A DNA stretch of 64,000 nt from an uncultured Holosporaceae bacterium (GCA_949290705.1 CASESI010000022.1:122529-186528); one strand, 5' to 3'; counted from the first letter of the stretch, positions 56,342-64,000 are shown. The notes: generated by a model not told the origin, from the letters alone. A program made the numbers and translations.

Positions 56342-58048
56342 TCAACCTATAATAACAGTTCCCAAATCTTTACTCTGATTTTGATATATAATTGGCTTGA
56401 TTTTACAAAAATCGATAATTATTTTTGTTCTTAATTTTGCAAAATCTCTACAAAAATCGTCCAACTTTGCGTAATTTTTATCTATAATTTTTTGTTGCCG
56501 TTCAATTAGATTTTGAATTTTTACATCCCGAACAATAGTATCGCCAATAAACATTTGTTTCATTTTTTCCTTTTCAAAAAAGTCCTCAATCATATCAAAA
56601 ATTTCTTCCAATTCAGTTATTTCCTTATTTGAAGAAAGTTTTATATCGCTTTCATCAAAATTCTTTCGACAATTAATACCAATAAAAATGTCAGAATAAG
56701 CACTATTTCTTTCAAAAAGATGTGATATTTGAACAATTTTTCCAAAATGAATGTCACCTAATTTAATCCAAGAGGTTACGGAAAACGGCATAGCATCCTC
56801 AAATTTCATTCTAATCTTGACGATTTTATTCCGAATTTTCATCAGAAAAAAGTTACAAACATTGCTAATCGCATTCTGAATTTGAGCTATAATCATCTCA
56901 GAATAAGGAGCATCTGCATTTTCATCACAAACAAAAAGAGTATTCGCTTTACAATCAATTTCAGACCAAAATTGTAGTTCTTTATCATCAAAATTTTGTC
57001 GAGATTTGTGCGGATTATTACAAAACATATACTTTTTTTCGACAAATACGACATCGTTTGTGTCATAATACTGATTTGGTACCCATTTTGAAACATGAAT
57101 CAACTCATCCACAGGTAAAGATATTGTCACAAACCTATAATTTGTCATTTTTACACTTGATTTTGTCTTATTTTTGAGTATTTTTAACGACAATTCCACG
57201 TTTTTTAGCATATTTTGCCAACACAGAAGACATATACTTCCATATACCTTAGACCTATGTAAAGTCACAATGTTGTCATCTATTTTTTTCACAATTTCAT
57301 CTATTTTTATACATTTCAAGATGAAATTTTGTAACAAAACATTAATATTTGTAGCAAAAACTATGTTTTTTCTGACATTATCAATTAAACTCTTTGCGGA
57401 TAATGTCTCTCCATCAAATTTTTCAGCAATTTTACGATAAATATCTTCTTTAAAAATCCTATAACTCGACATACAAAATTTTATCCTTAAATTAACACAA
57501 TCAATTCGATCGGTTTTTATTGGAATTTGACTTAAATTTAAAATTTGCTCTTTACAAATATTAATATAATCATGATTATTTTTTAAATTAACTTTAGAAA
57601 AATTATGCGTAACTTTATCACAAAACCAAAATTTATTTTTCGTAATCCCGCTATTCAATTTTCTATTGCCATCAAAATTTTTTCTTGTCAACTGAGAAAT
57701 CTCAAGGGATGTACCTTCAAGAAATTTAGGCTTTGCAATGTATTCGCACACTGTAATTTTATTAGAAATATTCACAATTTTTTCTAAAATACCGCTAAAA
57801 ATTATTTTTATTTCTGAATTTTCATCATGTAAATTCACGCCTAAAACAATACATTTATTTGCGAAGCAGGCGTAATTTGCATCGAACAACGTAGTATTGA
57901 ACCACGCCTTCAAACGCGCATACTCGAACTCCTTCTCCAAAATTTGCATTTTCAAAGCACCTTCCAACTCCGCAAAATTCATATTATTTTCACGAATCGC
58001 GGTCATCATCGCGCCATAATTCTCAAAAAATTTCACAAAAAACTTCAT
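56342..58048 (-). CDS. Hypothetical protein (568 aa orphan, first gene of four-gene operon)
   Basis: This is a 1.7-kb open frame in ~25% GC DNA. I saw no Walker, nuclease, TM or signal motif. The first ~65 codons are noticeably GC-richer than the rest. Confidence 0.55.
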   Translation of the reverse strand: MKFFVKFFENYGAMMTAIRENNMNFAELEGALKMQILEKEFEYARLKAWFNTTLFDANYACFANKCIVLGVNLHDENSEIKIIFSGILEKIVNISNKITVCEYIAKPKFLEGTSLEISQLTRKNFDGNRKLNSGITKNKFWFCDKVTHNFSKVNLKNNHDYINICKEQILNLSQIPIKTDRIDCVNLRIKFCMSSYRIFKEDIYRKIAEKFDGETLSAKSLIDNVRKNIVFATNINVLLQNFILKCIKIDEIVKKIDDNIVTLHRSKVYGSICLLCWQNMLKNVELSLKILKNKTKSSVKMTNYRFVTISLPVDELIHVSKWVPNQYYDTNDVVFVEKKYMFCNNPHKSRQNFDDKELQFWSEIDCKANTLFVCDENADAPYSEMIIAQIQNAISNVCNFFLMKIRNKIVKIRMKFEDAMPFSVTSWIKLGDIHFGKIVQISHLFERNSAYSDIFIGINCRKNFDESDIKLSSNKEITELEEIFDMIEDFFEKEKMKQMFIGDTIVRDVKIQNLIERQQKIIDKNYAKLDDFCRDFAKLRTKIIIDFCKIKPIIYQNQSKDLGTVIIG

Positions 58049-58108
58049 TTTTTTCTTCCAAAATTATTAACAAAAAGTTAAAATCGAACAACGTTAATCT
58101 TTACATTT

Positions 58109-58978
58109 ATGAATTGGTTCAGCAAAAACGGATACGCGCAGGGCGTATTTTTCTCACTCCTTTTCCTGGCAATCGGACCATTTTTGGATGCCGTCACAAA
58201 ATTATTGGGGGCACAAATCCCACCAATCGAAATCTTGTTCTTCAGATTCCTTTTTTCGGCATTGTCAATCCTACCAATAGTTTTGTTCAAAAACGCCACT
58301 ATTTCCAAAAAAGATAGTGGGAATTTCGACATAAAACTGAACCTCTTGCGCGGAATATTAGGATTTTTGTCATTTCTGGGATGTATATATTCCGTAACAA
58401 TTTTTCCCCTCTCGGAAGTCACAGTCATCTTCTGGACAATGCCATTTTTCGTCCTAATTTTGTCCATGCTCGCCTTAAAAGAAAAAATTTCCAAACAACG
58501 CGTAATAGCGACAATCATTGGGTTTGGAGGGCTTTGCTTTTTCTTCTCGCCAACATTTTTAAAGGTCAATATCTACATTTTAATCCCCATTTTCACAACA
58601 TTTTTGTTCGCGGTCCAAGACGTCATCATCAAAAAAATTTCGCTGGCAAACCCGGCACGATTCATCTGCGAATACGCCGTCATCATCGTGTTGTGCGCAC
58701 TCCCATTCACATTTTTCGTGTGGGTCACGCCATCATGGGCACAATTTGCCCTCTTGATCACACTCGGGATCGGTGCAAATTTAATGCAATTTTGCATTTT
58801 CAAAGCCTTCAAAGCCGCAGAAATCTCGGCCTTAGCACCATTCCGATATACCGAATTTATTTTCGCTAGCATCTTCGGTTACATCTTTTTTTCAGAAGTC
58901 CCAACCGCGAACACATTCTACGCGGCGATGCTCATCGTACCCGCAACAATGTATTTGGTTTTGACGGAAAAACGTTGA
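58109..58978 (+). CDS. EamA/DMT-superfamily transporter (10 TM)
   Basis: 289 aa with two EamA-like halves (FFSLLFLAIGPFLDAVTKLL...; ...ALAPFRYTEFIFASIFGYIFFSEVP). It is the only + strand gene inside the island. Confidence 0.8.
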   Translation: MNWFSKNGYAQGVFFSLLFLAIGPFLDAVTKLLGAQIPPIEILFFRFLFSALSILPIVLFKNATISKKDSGNFDIKLNLLRGILGFLSFLGCIYSVTIFPLSEVTVIFWTMPFFVLILSMLALKEKISKQRVIATIIGFGGLCFFFSPTFLKVNIYILIPIFTTFLFAVQDVIIKKISLANPARFICEYAVIIVLCALPFTFFVWVTPSWAQFALLITLGIGANLMQFCIFKAFKAAEISALAPFRYTEFIFASIFGYIFFSEVPTANTFYAAMLIVPATMYLVLTEKR

Positions 58979-58990
58979 AAATCCGCCATT

Positions 58991-59512
58991 TCAAACCTCT
59001 TCAAGTAGGATTTTTTGCTCCACATCGAACCCAAAATTTTTGCATTTCGTCACGAAATTCTTCACGCACATCTGCAACCACGGCCTGTATTTCGCAATAA
59101 TTTTCCCGCCAAGTTTCGCGCAATTTTCAGTCACATCGAGAGTCACCTCATTCCCCGTCACATGAAATTTCAGTCGCACATTATGTTCATCAAATAGCCG
59201 CAAACTGTTCGTAACCGGCACTCTGCTCAACGTTATCACCTTTTGAGTCGCGTCAAAATTTTCGGTTATTTCGGCGATGCACGCGACATTCACGGAAGCA
59301 CCAAGCCAAATATTTTTGTTAATTTCCGAGTCATAAAACGTGATTTCCGACAAAAACTTTTTTTTGCTAACATCGCCTATAATTCGCATTTTGTTGTTAA
59401 GATCGTACACGAAATCGATATATTTATCGTTAGGAACCAGCTTTTGTTCGCAATTTTCGATACTAATTTCTGCGACATTTGGTATAGCAATCACCAAATT
59501 ATTATTCATCAT
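58991..59512 (-). CDS. Hypothetical protein (173 aa) downstream of phage-like connector genes
   Basis: The minus-strand frame has ordinary protein-like residue composition, unlike the overlapping + strand ORF 59243-59761, which is low-complexity and rich in Phe, Ser and Ile. I recognise no family. A tail-tube role is only a positional guess. Confidence 0.4.
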   Translation of the reverse strand: MMNNNLVIAIPNVAEISIENCEQKLVPNDKYIDFVYDLNNKMRIIGDVSKKKFLSEITFYDSEINKNIWLGASVNVACIAEITENFDATQKVITLSRVPVTNSLRLFDEHNVRLKFHVTGNEVTLDVTENCAKLGGKIIAKYRPWLQMCVKNFVTKCKNFGFDVEQKILLEEV

Positions 59513-59562
59513 TTACCTCTTCTGTTTTTGTTAAAAAATGGACACTTTTTTCAAAAAACTAC

Positions 59563-59745
59563 TCATTTTTCATCAAATATATCAAGCAATTCTGACATAT
59601 CCGATATCAAATATTTACTATTTTTATCAAAAAAAGCACATTTCACATCAACTTCTTCTTTCTCATTATCCTCAAGAAAATCCACTTCCAATGCAGGGAT
59701 TTCCTCAATTTCACAACAAAAATCATCTTCATTTTTTTGCATCAT
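59563..59745 (-). CDS. Small acidic hypothetical protein (60 aa)
   Basis: The sequence reads MMQKNEDDFCCEIEEIPALEVDFLEDNEKEEVD.... It sits 21 nt after the upstream gene. It is short, so coding status is uncertain. Confidence 0.3.
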   Translation of the reverse strand: MMQKNEDDFCCEIEEIPALEVDFLEDNEKEEVDVKCAFFDKNSKYLISDMSELLDIFDEK

Positions 59746-59766
59746 TTTTTACCACCTCTAAAATTT

Positions 59767-60174
59767 TTATAAATTATTATCTTCTAAAATCGCATAAAAC
59801 TGATATCCAAAAGTCATATTATCCTTCTTGGCATCCACTTTTACACTATTTTTTCGCAAAAACACATTCGCGATCTGCCCATCGTCAAGCCTAGTTTCCA
59901 GCCATTTTTCGTTGATTGCGTTATCCACAAAATCAGACAATTCATCCAGATTACCATGCGGCACAAAAACACTCACCAAAACGGTCCCCTTCGCCTTGAA
60001 ATCCGACATTTGTTTCACATGACTGCAATTCGCATTAATATAATTTTGCGAAAGGCCAGCACAACCGTAATTAGAAACTATCGCGCCATCGACGGCGTTA
60101 TTAATCTGATTATTCGCACTTAAAGTATCCTTTATTGTATAAAAAACGACATCTTTCCACATAACATTAGACAT
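59767..60174 (-). CDS. Possible phage head-tail joining / tail-completion protein (HK97 gp10 / DUF3168-like layout)
   Basis: 135 aa located directly after the gp6-like gene. The layout VVFYTIKDTLSANNQINNAVDGAIVSNYG...GTVLVSVFVPHGNLDELSDFVDNAINEKW...TFGYQFYAILED loosely fits that family pattern. The call is weak. Confidence 0.35.
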   Translation of the reverse strand: MSNVMWKDVVFYTIKDTLSANNQINNAVDGAIVSNYGCAGLSQNYINANCSHVKQMSDFKAKGTVLVSVFVPHGNLDELSDFVDNAINEKWLETRLDDGQIANVFLRKNSVKVDAKKDNMTFGYQFYAILEDNNL

Positions 60175-60227
60175 ATTTCACCTCTTTTGCTCTTTTCATT
60201 TGTCATTTTTGCATTTTTATTATTCAA

Positions 60228-60797
60228 CTATAAGTTGTAATTTATTTCATCAGCCAGCAGCATTTTAAGCATAAGCAAAGCATCATTTTTCAGATCTTTT
60301 CCCTCAAATAAGCTTTTAAAAATAATCATTGTGGCAGCCTTAATATTATCGCCAACATCCGATTTGCGCCTTCCAACAACATATCGAACTCGCACTTTTC
60401 GTTTCGCATTTGTCGAGAAAAAGGGGATCATCACAAAAGTTTGCCCGTGTTTTTCGACAATCGACACATCCTTCGTGATATCGTCATCATTATAAAAAAC
60501 ATTTTTCACCTTCAAAACCGGTTGATCAGGAATCGCGATTTTCGCGTGCAAATTATTCACGAGGTCACAATCAAAAATACACTCCTTTTCCTCCGCCACA
60601 ATCTTGCCATTGATCATTTTTTCGACAATTTTCACCGCGGCACCCCCGATTTTTTGCACAAAATCATCGTCTCCATTGCTGAAAATGCGCATCATTTTCT
60701 TCACTTCACTAGTTTTCAAAACATCAGACAATTCCGCAAAATCGTCTTTTTTACTCAATTTCACACTATTATTATTTTTCAAAATTTTCTTTTCCAT
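60228..60797 (-). CDS. Phage gp6-like head-tail connector (adaptor) protein
   Basis: The start is taken at the ATG (60797), which has a GGAG box 7 nt upstream. The track ORF opens at 60860. The pattern is typical of Phage_connect_1/gp6-like proteins: SEVKKMMRIFSNGDDDFVQKIGGAAVKIVEKMINGKIV, then IAIPDQPVLKVKNVFYNDDDI, then VRVRYVVGRRKSDVGDNIKAATMIIFKSLFEGKD. Confidence 0.55.
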   Translation of the reverse strand: MEKKILKNNNSVKLSKKDDFAELSDVLKTSEVKKMMRIFSNGDDDFVQKIGGAAVKIVEKMINGKIVAEEKECIFDCDLVNNLHAKIAIPDQPVLKVKNVFYNDDDITKDVSIVEKHGQTFVMIPFFSTNAKRKVRVRYVVGRRKSDVGDNIKAATMIIFKSLFEGKDLKNDALLMLKMLLADEINYNL

Positions 60798-61602
60798 TTT
60801 TAAACTCCAATAAATTATTTCGATGCAAAACCGCATCATTAACAGGCGACAAAACGCCATAACGTAACATTTAAAAAAAATTATTTTTGTGCCGTATCGG
60901 CGATGACAGCGAGAACCGCGTCAGACTTGATGTTTGTACATCTTGGTAATTATAGTATCATACTTTTTTTAAAAAGTCAAGAACTTTTTTAAAAAATTTT
61001 CATCTTATGCGATTTATTGTGATTTTTATTAAAATTTTATATATTTTTTGCCCAAATAAGATGCGCAAATAAGAAAAATCGACAAAATTATCTGTCAAAA
61101 TCAACTGTAAAGAGTAATAAAATTATTTTTCTCGCCAAAAACAAATCAGATTTTGGTATTAAAATCCCCCAACATAAATCTAATAAAAAAATTATCATGA
61201 AAAAATGCTCTCACTTTAAAAATTCAATCAAAAAGAGAGATTAAGATAACCATCTCGTAAAAGACGAATTTTTGATCGACTCATCAAAAACTTTTTATAC
61301 AAAAAAATTTTGAAGTTGAATGGTAAAAACATGATAGGATAAATTTTTCAGAGCCAACCAGTGTGTGATTAAAATAAAATTTCTGGCACAAAAACCCTAC
61401 GTGAGAAACAACCAACACAAGAAATAAAAACAAGTTCCAGCAAAATTTTACAAAAATTTCTTAAAAATTTTTCCATTGAACAATGTTAATGTGTAAAAAA
61501 ACTTTATAAAAAAATTTTTGCTCCACATATAAATACACACTGATTCGATGCAAGAAAATCCGCGCCAAATGGGGATTCTATTAATATTTTTTTAATTTTT
61601 CC

Positions 61603-61630
61603 TTGATTTTTCGAAAAAACGTACTACAAT
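61603..61630 (+). promoter_or_regulatory. Candidate sigma-70 promoter for tRNA-Pro (TTGATT-16 nt-TACAAT)
   Basis: The -35-like TTGATT is at 61603-61608 and the -10-like TACAAT is at 61625-61630. The tRNA starts 10 nt downstream. Confidence 0.3.
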
Positions 61631-61639
61631 AATAGCATT

Positions 61640-61717
61640 CGGGGTGTAGCGCAGTCCGGTTAGCGCGTCTGTTTTGGGAGCAGAATGTCGGAGGTTCGAA
61701 TCCTTCCACCCCGACCA
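61640..61717 (+). tRNA. tRNA-Pro (anticodon UGG)
   Basis: The fold reads CGGGGTG TA GCGC AGTCCGGTTA GCGC G TCTGT TTTGGGA GCAGA ATGTC GGAGG TTCGAAT CCTTC CACCCCG A CCA. Confidence 0.9.
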
Positions 61718-61849
61718 ATTCCGCAATTCTTTGGGTGCGTGGTCTTTTATTTTTTCATAAACCTCTGTTAAACAACTTTCCCGCACCCAGGGAACACGAG
61801 GGTTTACAAAATCAAAATTATATATAAAAAAAAGGAAGAGAGAAGAAGG

Positions 61850-63496
61850 TCAGCGAACGCTGCTGTACTTTGTGACATAATATTGCTGTACAATCGAGAA
61901 CAGATTGCTGAGCGTCCAGTAAATCAAAAGCCCAACCGGAAATCCTGACATCATGAACATCAGAAAAATCGGCATGAGCATGAACATCTTCTCTTGTTGA
62001 GGATCGGCCGCAACTTGTGGTGTCATCTTTTGTTGCAAGAACATCGATCCGCCCATAAGCAACGCCCATGTTCCAATCATCAGAAAACTTGGCACATCAA
62101 ACGGCAACAAGCCAAACAAGTTGAACACCGAATATGGCTCTGGCGCAGCGAGATCATCAATCCACAAAAACGACGCATGCCGCATTCCAAAACAAATCAT
62201 CAACACCTTATAAAGCGCAAACAGAATAGGGAATTGCATCAACGACGGCAAACATCCGCCCAAAGGATTCACTTTTTCACGCTTGTAGAGCATCATCATC
62301 TCTTGCCCCAAACGTTGCTTGTCATTCGCATAAAGTTGTTGCAAAGCCTTGATCTTTGGCTGAACAACGCGCATCCTTGCCATTGATTTATACGACTTAT
62401 TCGCAAATGGGAACAACACCAATTTTATCAAAATCGTCAGGAACAAAATCGTCCATCCCATACTTCCAAAAATCGAATTGATGTAATTTAAGAAATACAA
62501 AATCGGCTTTGTTATAAAGTAAAGCTTACCGTAATCTATCGCAAGATCAAAATGCTTTATATCACACTTTTCCTCATACTCATCAAGCAAATTAATATCC
62601 TTTGGCCCAACGAAAATAACCGTTTTAAAAGTGCGATTCTCACCCGCATTAATGACAAAATTCTCACCTTCAAACGTAACATTATAGGATGGATGTTTTT
62701 CATCATTTTTTAAAAGAGAATAATTGATATTATAGTGCGCCTTTCTAGACGGATTGATCAAAGACACAAGCCAATATTTATCGGTAAGACCTGCCCAATC
62801 AATATGCCCGGAATATGCGAAATTTTTCTTTTTTATATCATCAAAATTATTCTCGATCAAATCTCCGTCCAAATACCCAGTAGCACCTTCGTTCAATGTC
62901 CATGTACCGCCTGAATCTTTATCAGTCAAAGTCTTTGTAATCTCATTCTTTTCGGAAATTTGCAAAGATTTCCCAGAAGCATTAATGATCTCTGTCGTGA
63001 AAGTCAAAGCGTATTTTTCATCCACAGAAATCGTACGCAGGGCAGTGATGCCATTTCCCAAATCAGCAGCCAACTTAATAGGATTGGTCAAGGTTAATGT
63101 ATCACCAGAAATTAATTTCCAATTGAAAATTACGTTGTTATTTCCGGAAGTAAATCCAGAAGATATCGTGTAATTAGAATCCCGCAAAAGCACAACTCTT
63201 GCTTCTGATCCGACATCTTCCTCAAAATTGCGAAGTTGCATTCCGGTAATTTTGTCGCCTTCAATCAATAAATCACCATTAAATTTTTCAGTATCAACTT
63301 TCACCGAGATTGGTGTAATTTTTTCATTCACAACCTGTTGTACAGAAATACTTTCCTGAGCTGGCTCTTTTTTTATAACATTAACCCGTTCTGTCTTCGT
63401 ATTATCATCACTTTTCACAGTCGGAGAAAACATATCGTAAAGGTATATAATGCCAAAAGATGCAATGAACGCTAGCAATAAATTCTTATTTTCCAT
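61850..63496 (-). CDS. yidC: Membrane protein insertase YidC
   Basis: 548 aa. It has an N-terminal TM (LLLAFIASFGIIYLY), a large periplasmic P1 domain and a conserved core (GWTILFLTILIKLVLFPFANKSYKSMARMRVVQPKIKALQ...NPLGGCLPSLMQFPILFALY). Confidence 0.9.
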   Translation of the reverse strand: MENKNLLLAFIASFGIIYLYDMFSPTVKSDDNTKTERVNVIKKEPAQESISVQQVVNEKITPISVKVDTEKFNGDLLIEGDKITGMQLRNFEEDVGSEARVVLLRDSNYTISSGFTSGNNNVIFNWKLISGDTLTLTNPIKLAADLGNGITALRTISVDEKYALTFTTEIINASGKSLQISEKNEITKTLTDKDSGGTWTLNEGATGYLDGDLIENNFDDIKKKNFAYSGHIDWAGLTDKYWLVSLINPSRKAHYNINYSLLKNDEKHPSYNVTFEGENFVINAGENRTFKTVIFVGPKDINLLDEYEEKCDIKHFDLAIDYGKLYFITKPILYFLNYINSIFGSMGWTILFLTILIKLVLFPFANKSYKSMARMRVVQPKIKALQQLYANDKQRLGQEMMMLYKREKVNPLGGCLPSLMQFPILFALYKVLMICFGMRHASFLWIDDLAAPEPYSVFNLFGLLPFDVPSFLMIGTWALLMGGSMFLQQKMTPQVAADPQQEKMFMLMPIFLMFMMSGFPVGLLIYWTLSNLFSIVQQYYVTKYSSVR

Positions 63497-63707
63497 AATA
63501 GAGGTTAGTCTATATCAAAGTTCGTTATTTTTCAAGCGCAAAGCAGGACGACGACAACAGAGGAAATCGCCGGCTGCCTACACGTATCAAAAACACACGA
63601 AAAACAACCGACAAAAAACAATGAAAACAACTATTTTACTCTCGCGTATACCCATACGCAGGCACATTGTAGCAAAAAAATATAAAAAGTAAAAGTTTTT
63701 GTGTTTT

Positions 63708-64000
63708 TTAATCAGAAATTTTAGTATTAATTGAAGTAATATCTTCTGTTAATGGCTCGATCTCTACTTTTGCCTCGTCAACATTCATAGCAAAAGCGAT
63801 GTCTTGGATAACTTTTTTGATCACATCAACATAATCTTTGTGAATTGAGATTTTCAAGTATTCCAAAGGAGCACGCACACTTTTTTGTTGTTTACTTTTC
63901 TCAGCACGAACCAAATCCAAGATTTCCGTCACTTTATCAAAAACATCATCCGCATCAACATTGCCGAAATCCTCCAACCTTGGCCACATTGCAGTATGCA
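63708..64000 (-). CDS. C-terminal fragment of a class Ia aminoacyl-tRNA synthetase (ValS/IleS-like); gene continues beyond the window end
   Basis: The frame stays open upstream of the track's Met (..HTAMWPRLEDF..). The pattern WP...D.DD...F..V.EILDLVRAEKSKQQKSVRAPLEYLKISI resembles the anticodon-binding and C-terminal region of ValRS/IleRS. Which synthetase it is cannot be decided from 97 codons. Confidence 0.4.
   Translation of the reverse strand, partial: HTAMWPRLEDFGNVDADDVFDKVTEILDLVRAEKSKQQKSVRAPLEYLKISIHKDYVDVIKKVIQDIAFAMNVDEAKVEIEPLTEDITSINTKISD

Larger units (their letters stand above)
54291..61639. mobile_element. Putative integrated island / degraded prophage remnant bracketed by tRNA-Arg(CCU) and tRNA-Pro(UGG)
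   Basis: Core genes flank it on both sides (fliQRflhB and yidC). Inside are a gp6-like phage connector gene, orphan ORFs, three compositional blocks and a 780-bp ORF-free spacer. I found no integrase and no att repeats, so mobility is unproven. Confidence 0.35.

Noticed and set aside
58078-58872. Minus-strand ORFs (163 and 99 aa) and + strand alternative-frame ORFs (67 and 162 aa)
   Set aside because: They overlap the EamA transporter gene, whose 10-TM repeat architecture is convincing in the 58109-58978 frame.
2364-59929. Isolated DnaA-box 9-mers (TGTGGATAA at 2364-2372; TTATCCACA at 42292-42300 and 59921-59929) as a possible oriC
   Set aside because: The three copies are scattered over 57 kb, all inside coding regions and not clustered next to an AT-rich unwinding element. 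That number is compatible with chance in AT-rich DNA.
59243-60022. + strand ORFs of 172, 64, 118 and 64 aa
   Set aside because: Their products are Phe/Ser/Ile/His-rich and low-complexity. The minus-strand ORFs have ordinary protein-like composition and ordered spacing downstream of the gp6-like gene.
61384-61400. TGGCAC (sigma-54 -24 element) in the island spacer
   Set aside because: The sequence continues AAAAACCCTA, with no TTGC -12 element at the required spacing, and no gene lies downstream in that orientation.
54291-61639. Interpretation of the island as an RcGTA-like gene transfer agent cluster
   Set aside because: Only a gp6-like adaptor and weak neck-protein candidates are present. 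There is no terminase, portal, capsid, tape measure or the conserved g12-g15 genes, and the gene sizes and order after the adaptor do not match RcGTA.
61733-61788. 7-bp inverted repeat GGGTGCG ... CGCACCC flanking 42 nt just after tRNA-Pro, considered as an att site or terminator
   Set aside because: No matching copy was found near tRNA-Arg or elsewhere in the island. The stem is short, the loop is long and there is no U-tract.
61592-62069. Minus-strand ORFs of 64 and 83 aa near tRNA-Pro and the yidC 3' end
   Set aside because: The first translates the antisense of tRNA-Pro (again DSNLRH). The second is an alternative frame of yidC.
63644-63659. Hairpin GCGTAT-ACCC-ATACGC in the ~210-nt region upstream of yidC as a leader or riboswitch element
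   Set aside because: It is a single 6-bp stem with no recognisable conserved RNA motif and no leader peptide ORF. That is insufficient for a call.
1-64000. Search for CRISPR arrays, IS elements or transposases, integrases, rRNA and tmRNA
   Set aside because: I saw no regularly spaced direct repeats, no transposase- or integrase-like ORF products and no rRNA-like conserved strings while reading the window. By-eye scanning cannot exclude short or degenerate elements.

Overview
This window is an AT-rich chromosome segment, roughly 22-58% GC by my hand counts of single 60-nt lines. It most likely comes from a host-associated or reduced-genome alphaproteobacterium. Supporting markers are a MucR/Ros regulator, a FlbD-type sigma-54 activator in a Caulobacter-like fliF-fliG-fliH-fliN-flbD string, alphaproteobacterial-type AddA, a DUF2948-like ORF, an Flp pilin and a perfect parS. 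Most of the window is densely packed core genes. These include two flagellar export/basal-body blocks (flhA..fliF at 1-6.6 kb, flhB-fliR-fliQ at 52-54 kb), envelope and LPS genes (mrcA, msbA-like, surA-like, lptFG, lptAB, ctpA) and secretion genes (secB, secDF, yidC). Replication, repair and translation genes are also present (dnaN, addA, uvrC, recR, tsaD, ychF, infA, cca), as are tkt, dapB and pgsA. RNA genes are five tRNAs (Val-CAC, Val-UAC, Leu-UAA, Arg-CCU, Pro-UGG) and a type-A RNase P RNA. I saw no rRNA, CRISPR array, transposase or integrase. The most unusual stretch is a ~7.3 kb accessory segment bracketed by tRNA-Arg (54214-54290) and tRNA-Pro (61640-61717). It holds a phage gp6-like head-tail connector gene and three small companion ORFs, but no capsid, portal or terminase genes. 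It also holds an oppositely oriented EamA transporter and a tightly packed four-gene orphan operon (568, 290, 161 and 234 aa). That operon's last gene runs antisense into the tRNA-Arg gene, and the operon crosses a sharp GC step (about 55% to about 22%). Other points worth follow-up are a perfect 16-bp parS palindrome inside the last codons of tkt, a parA with no adjacent parB, a solitary flp pilin gene, four large lineage-specific secreted or orphan proteins (two with internal module duplications, one with a GNAT-like fold and a basic tail), and a TTAA-N7-TTAAC CtrA-type box directly upstream of fliQ. All functional calls come from reading the translated ORFs by eye. No database search was run.
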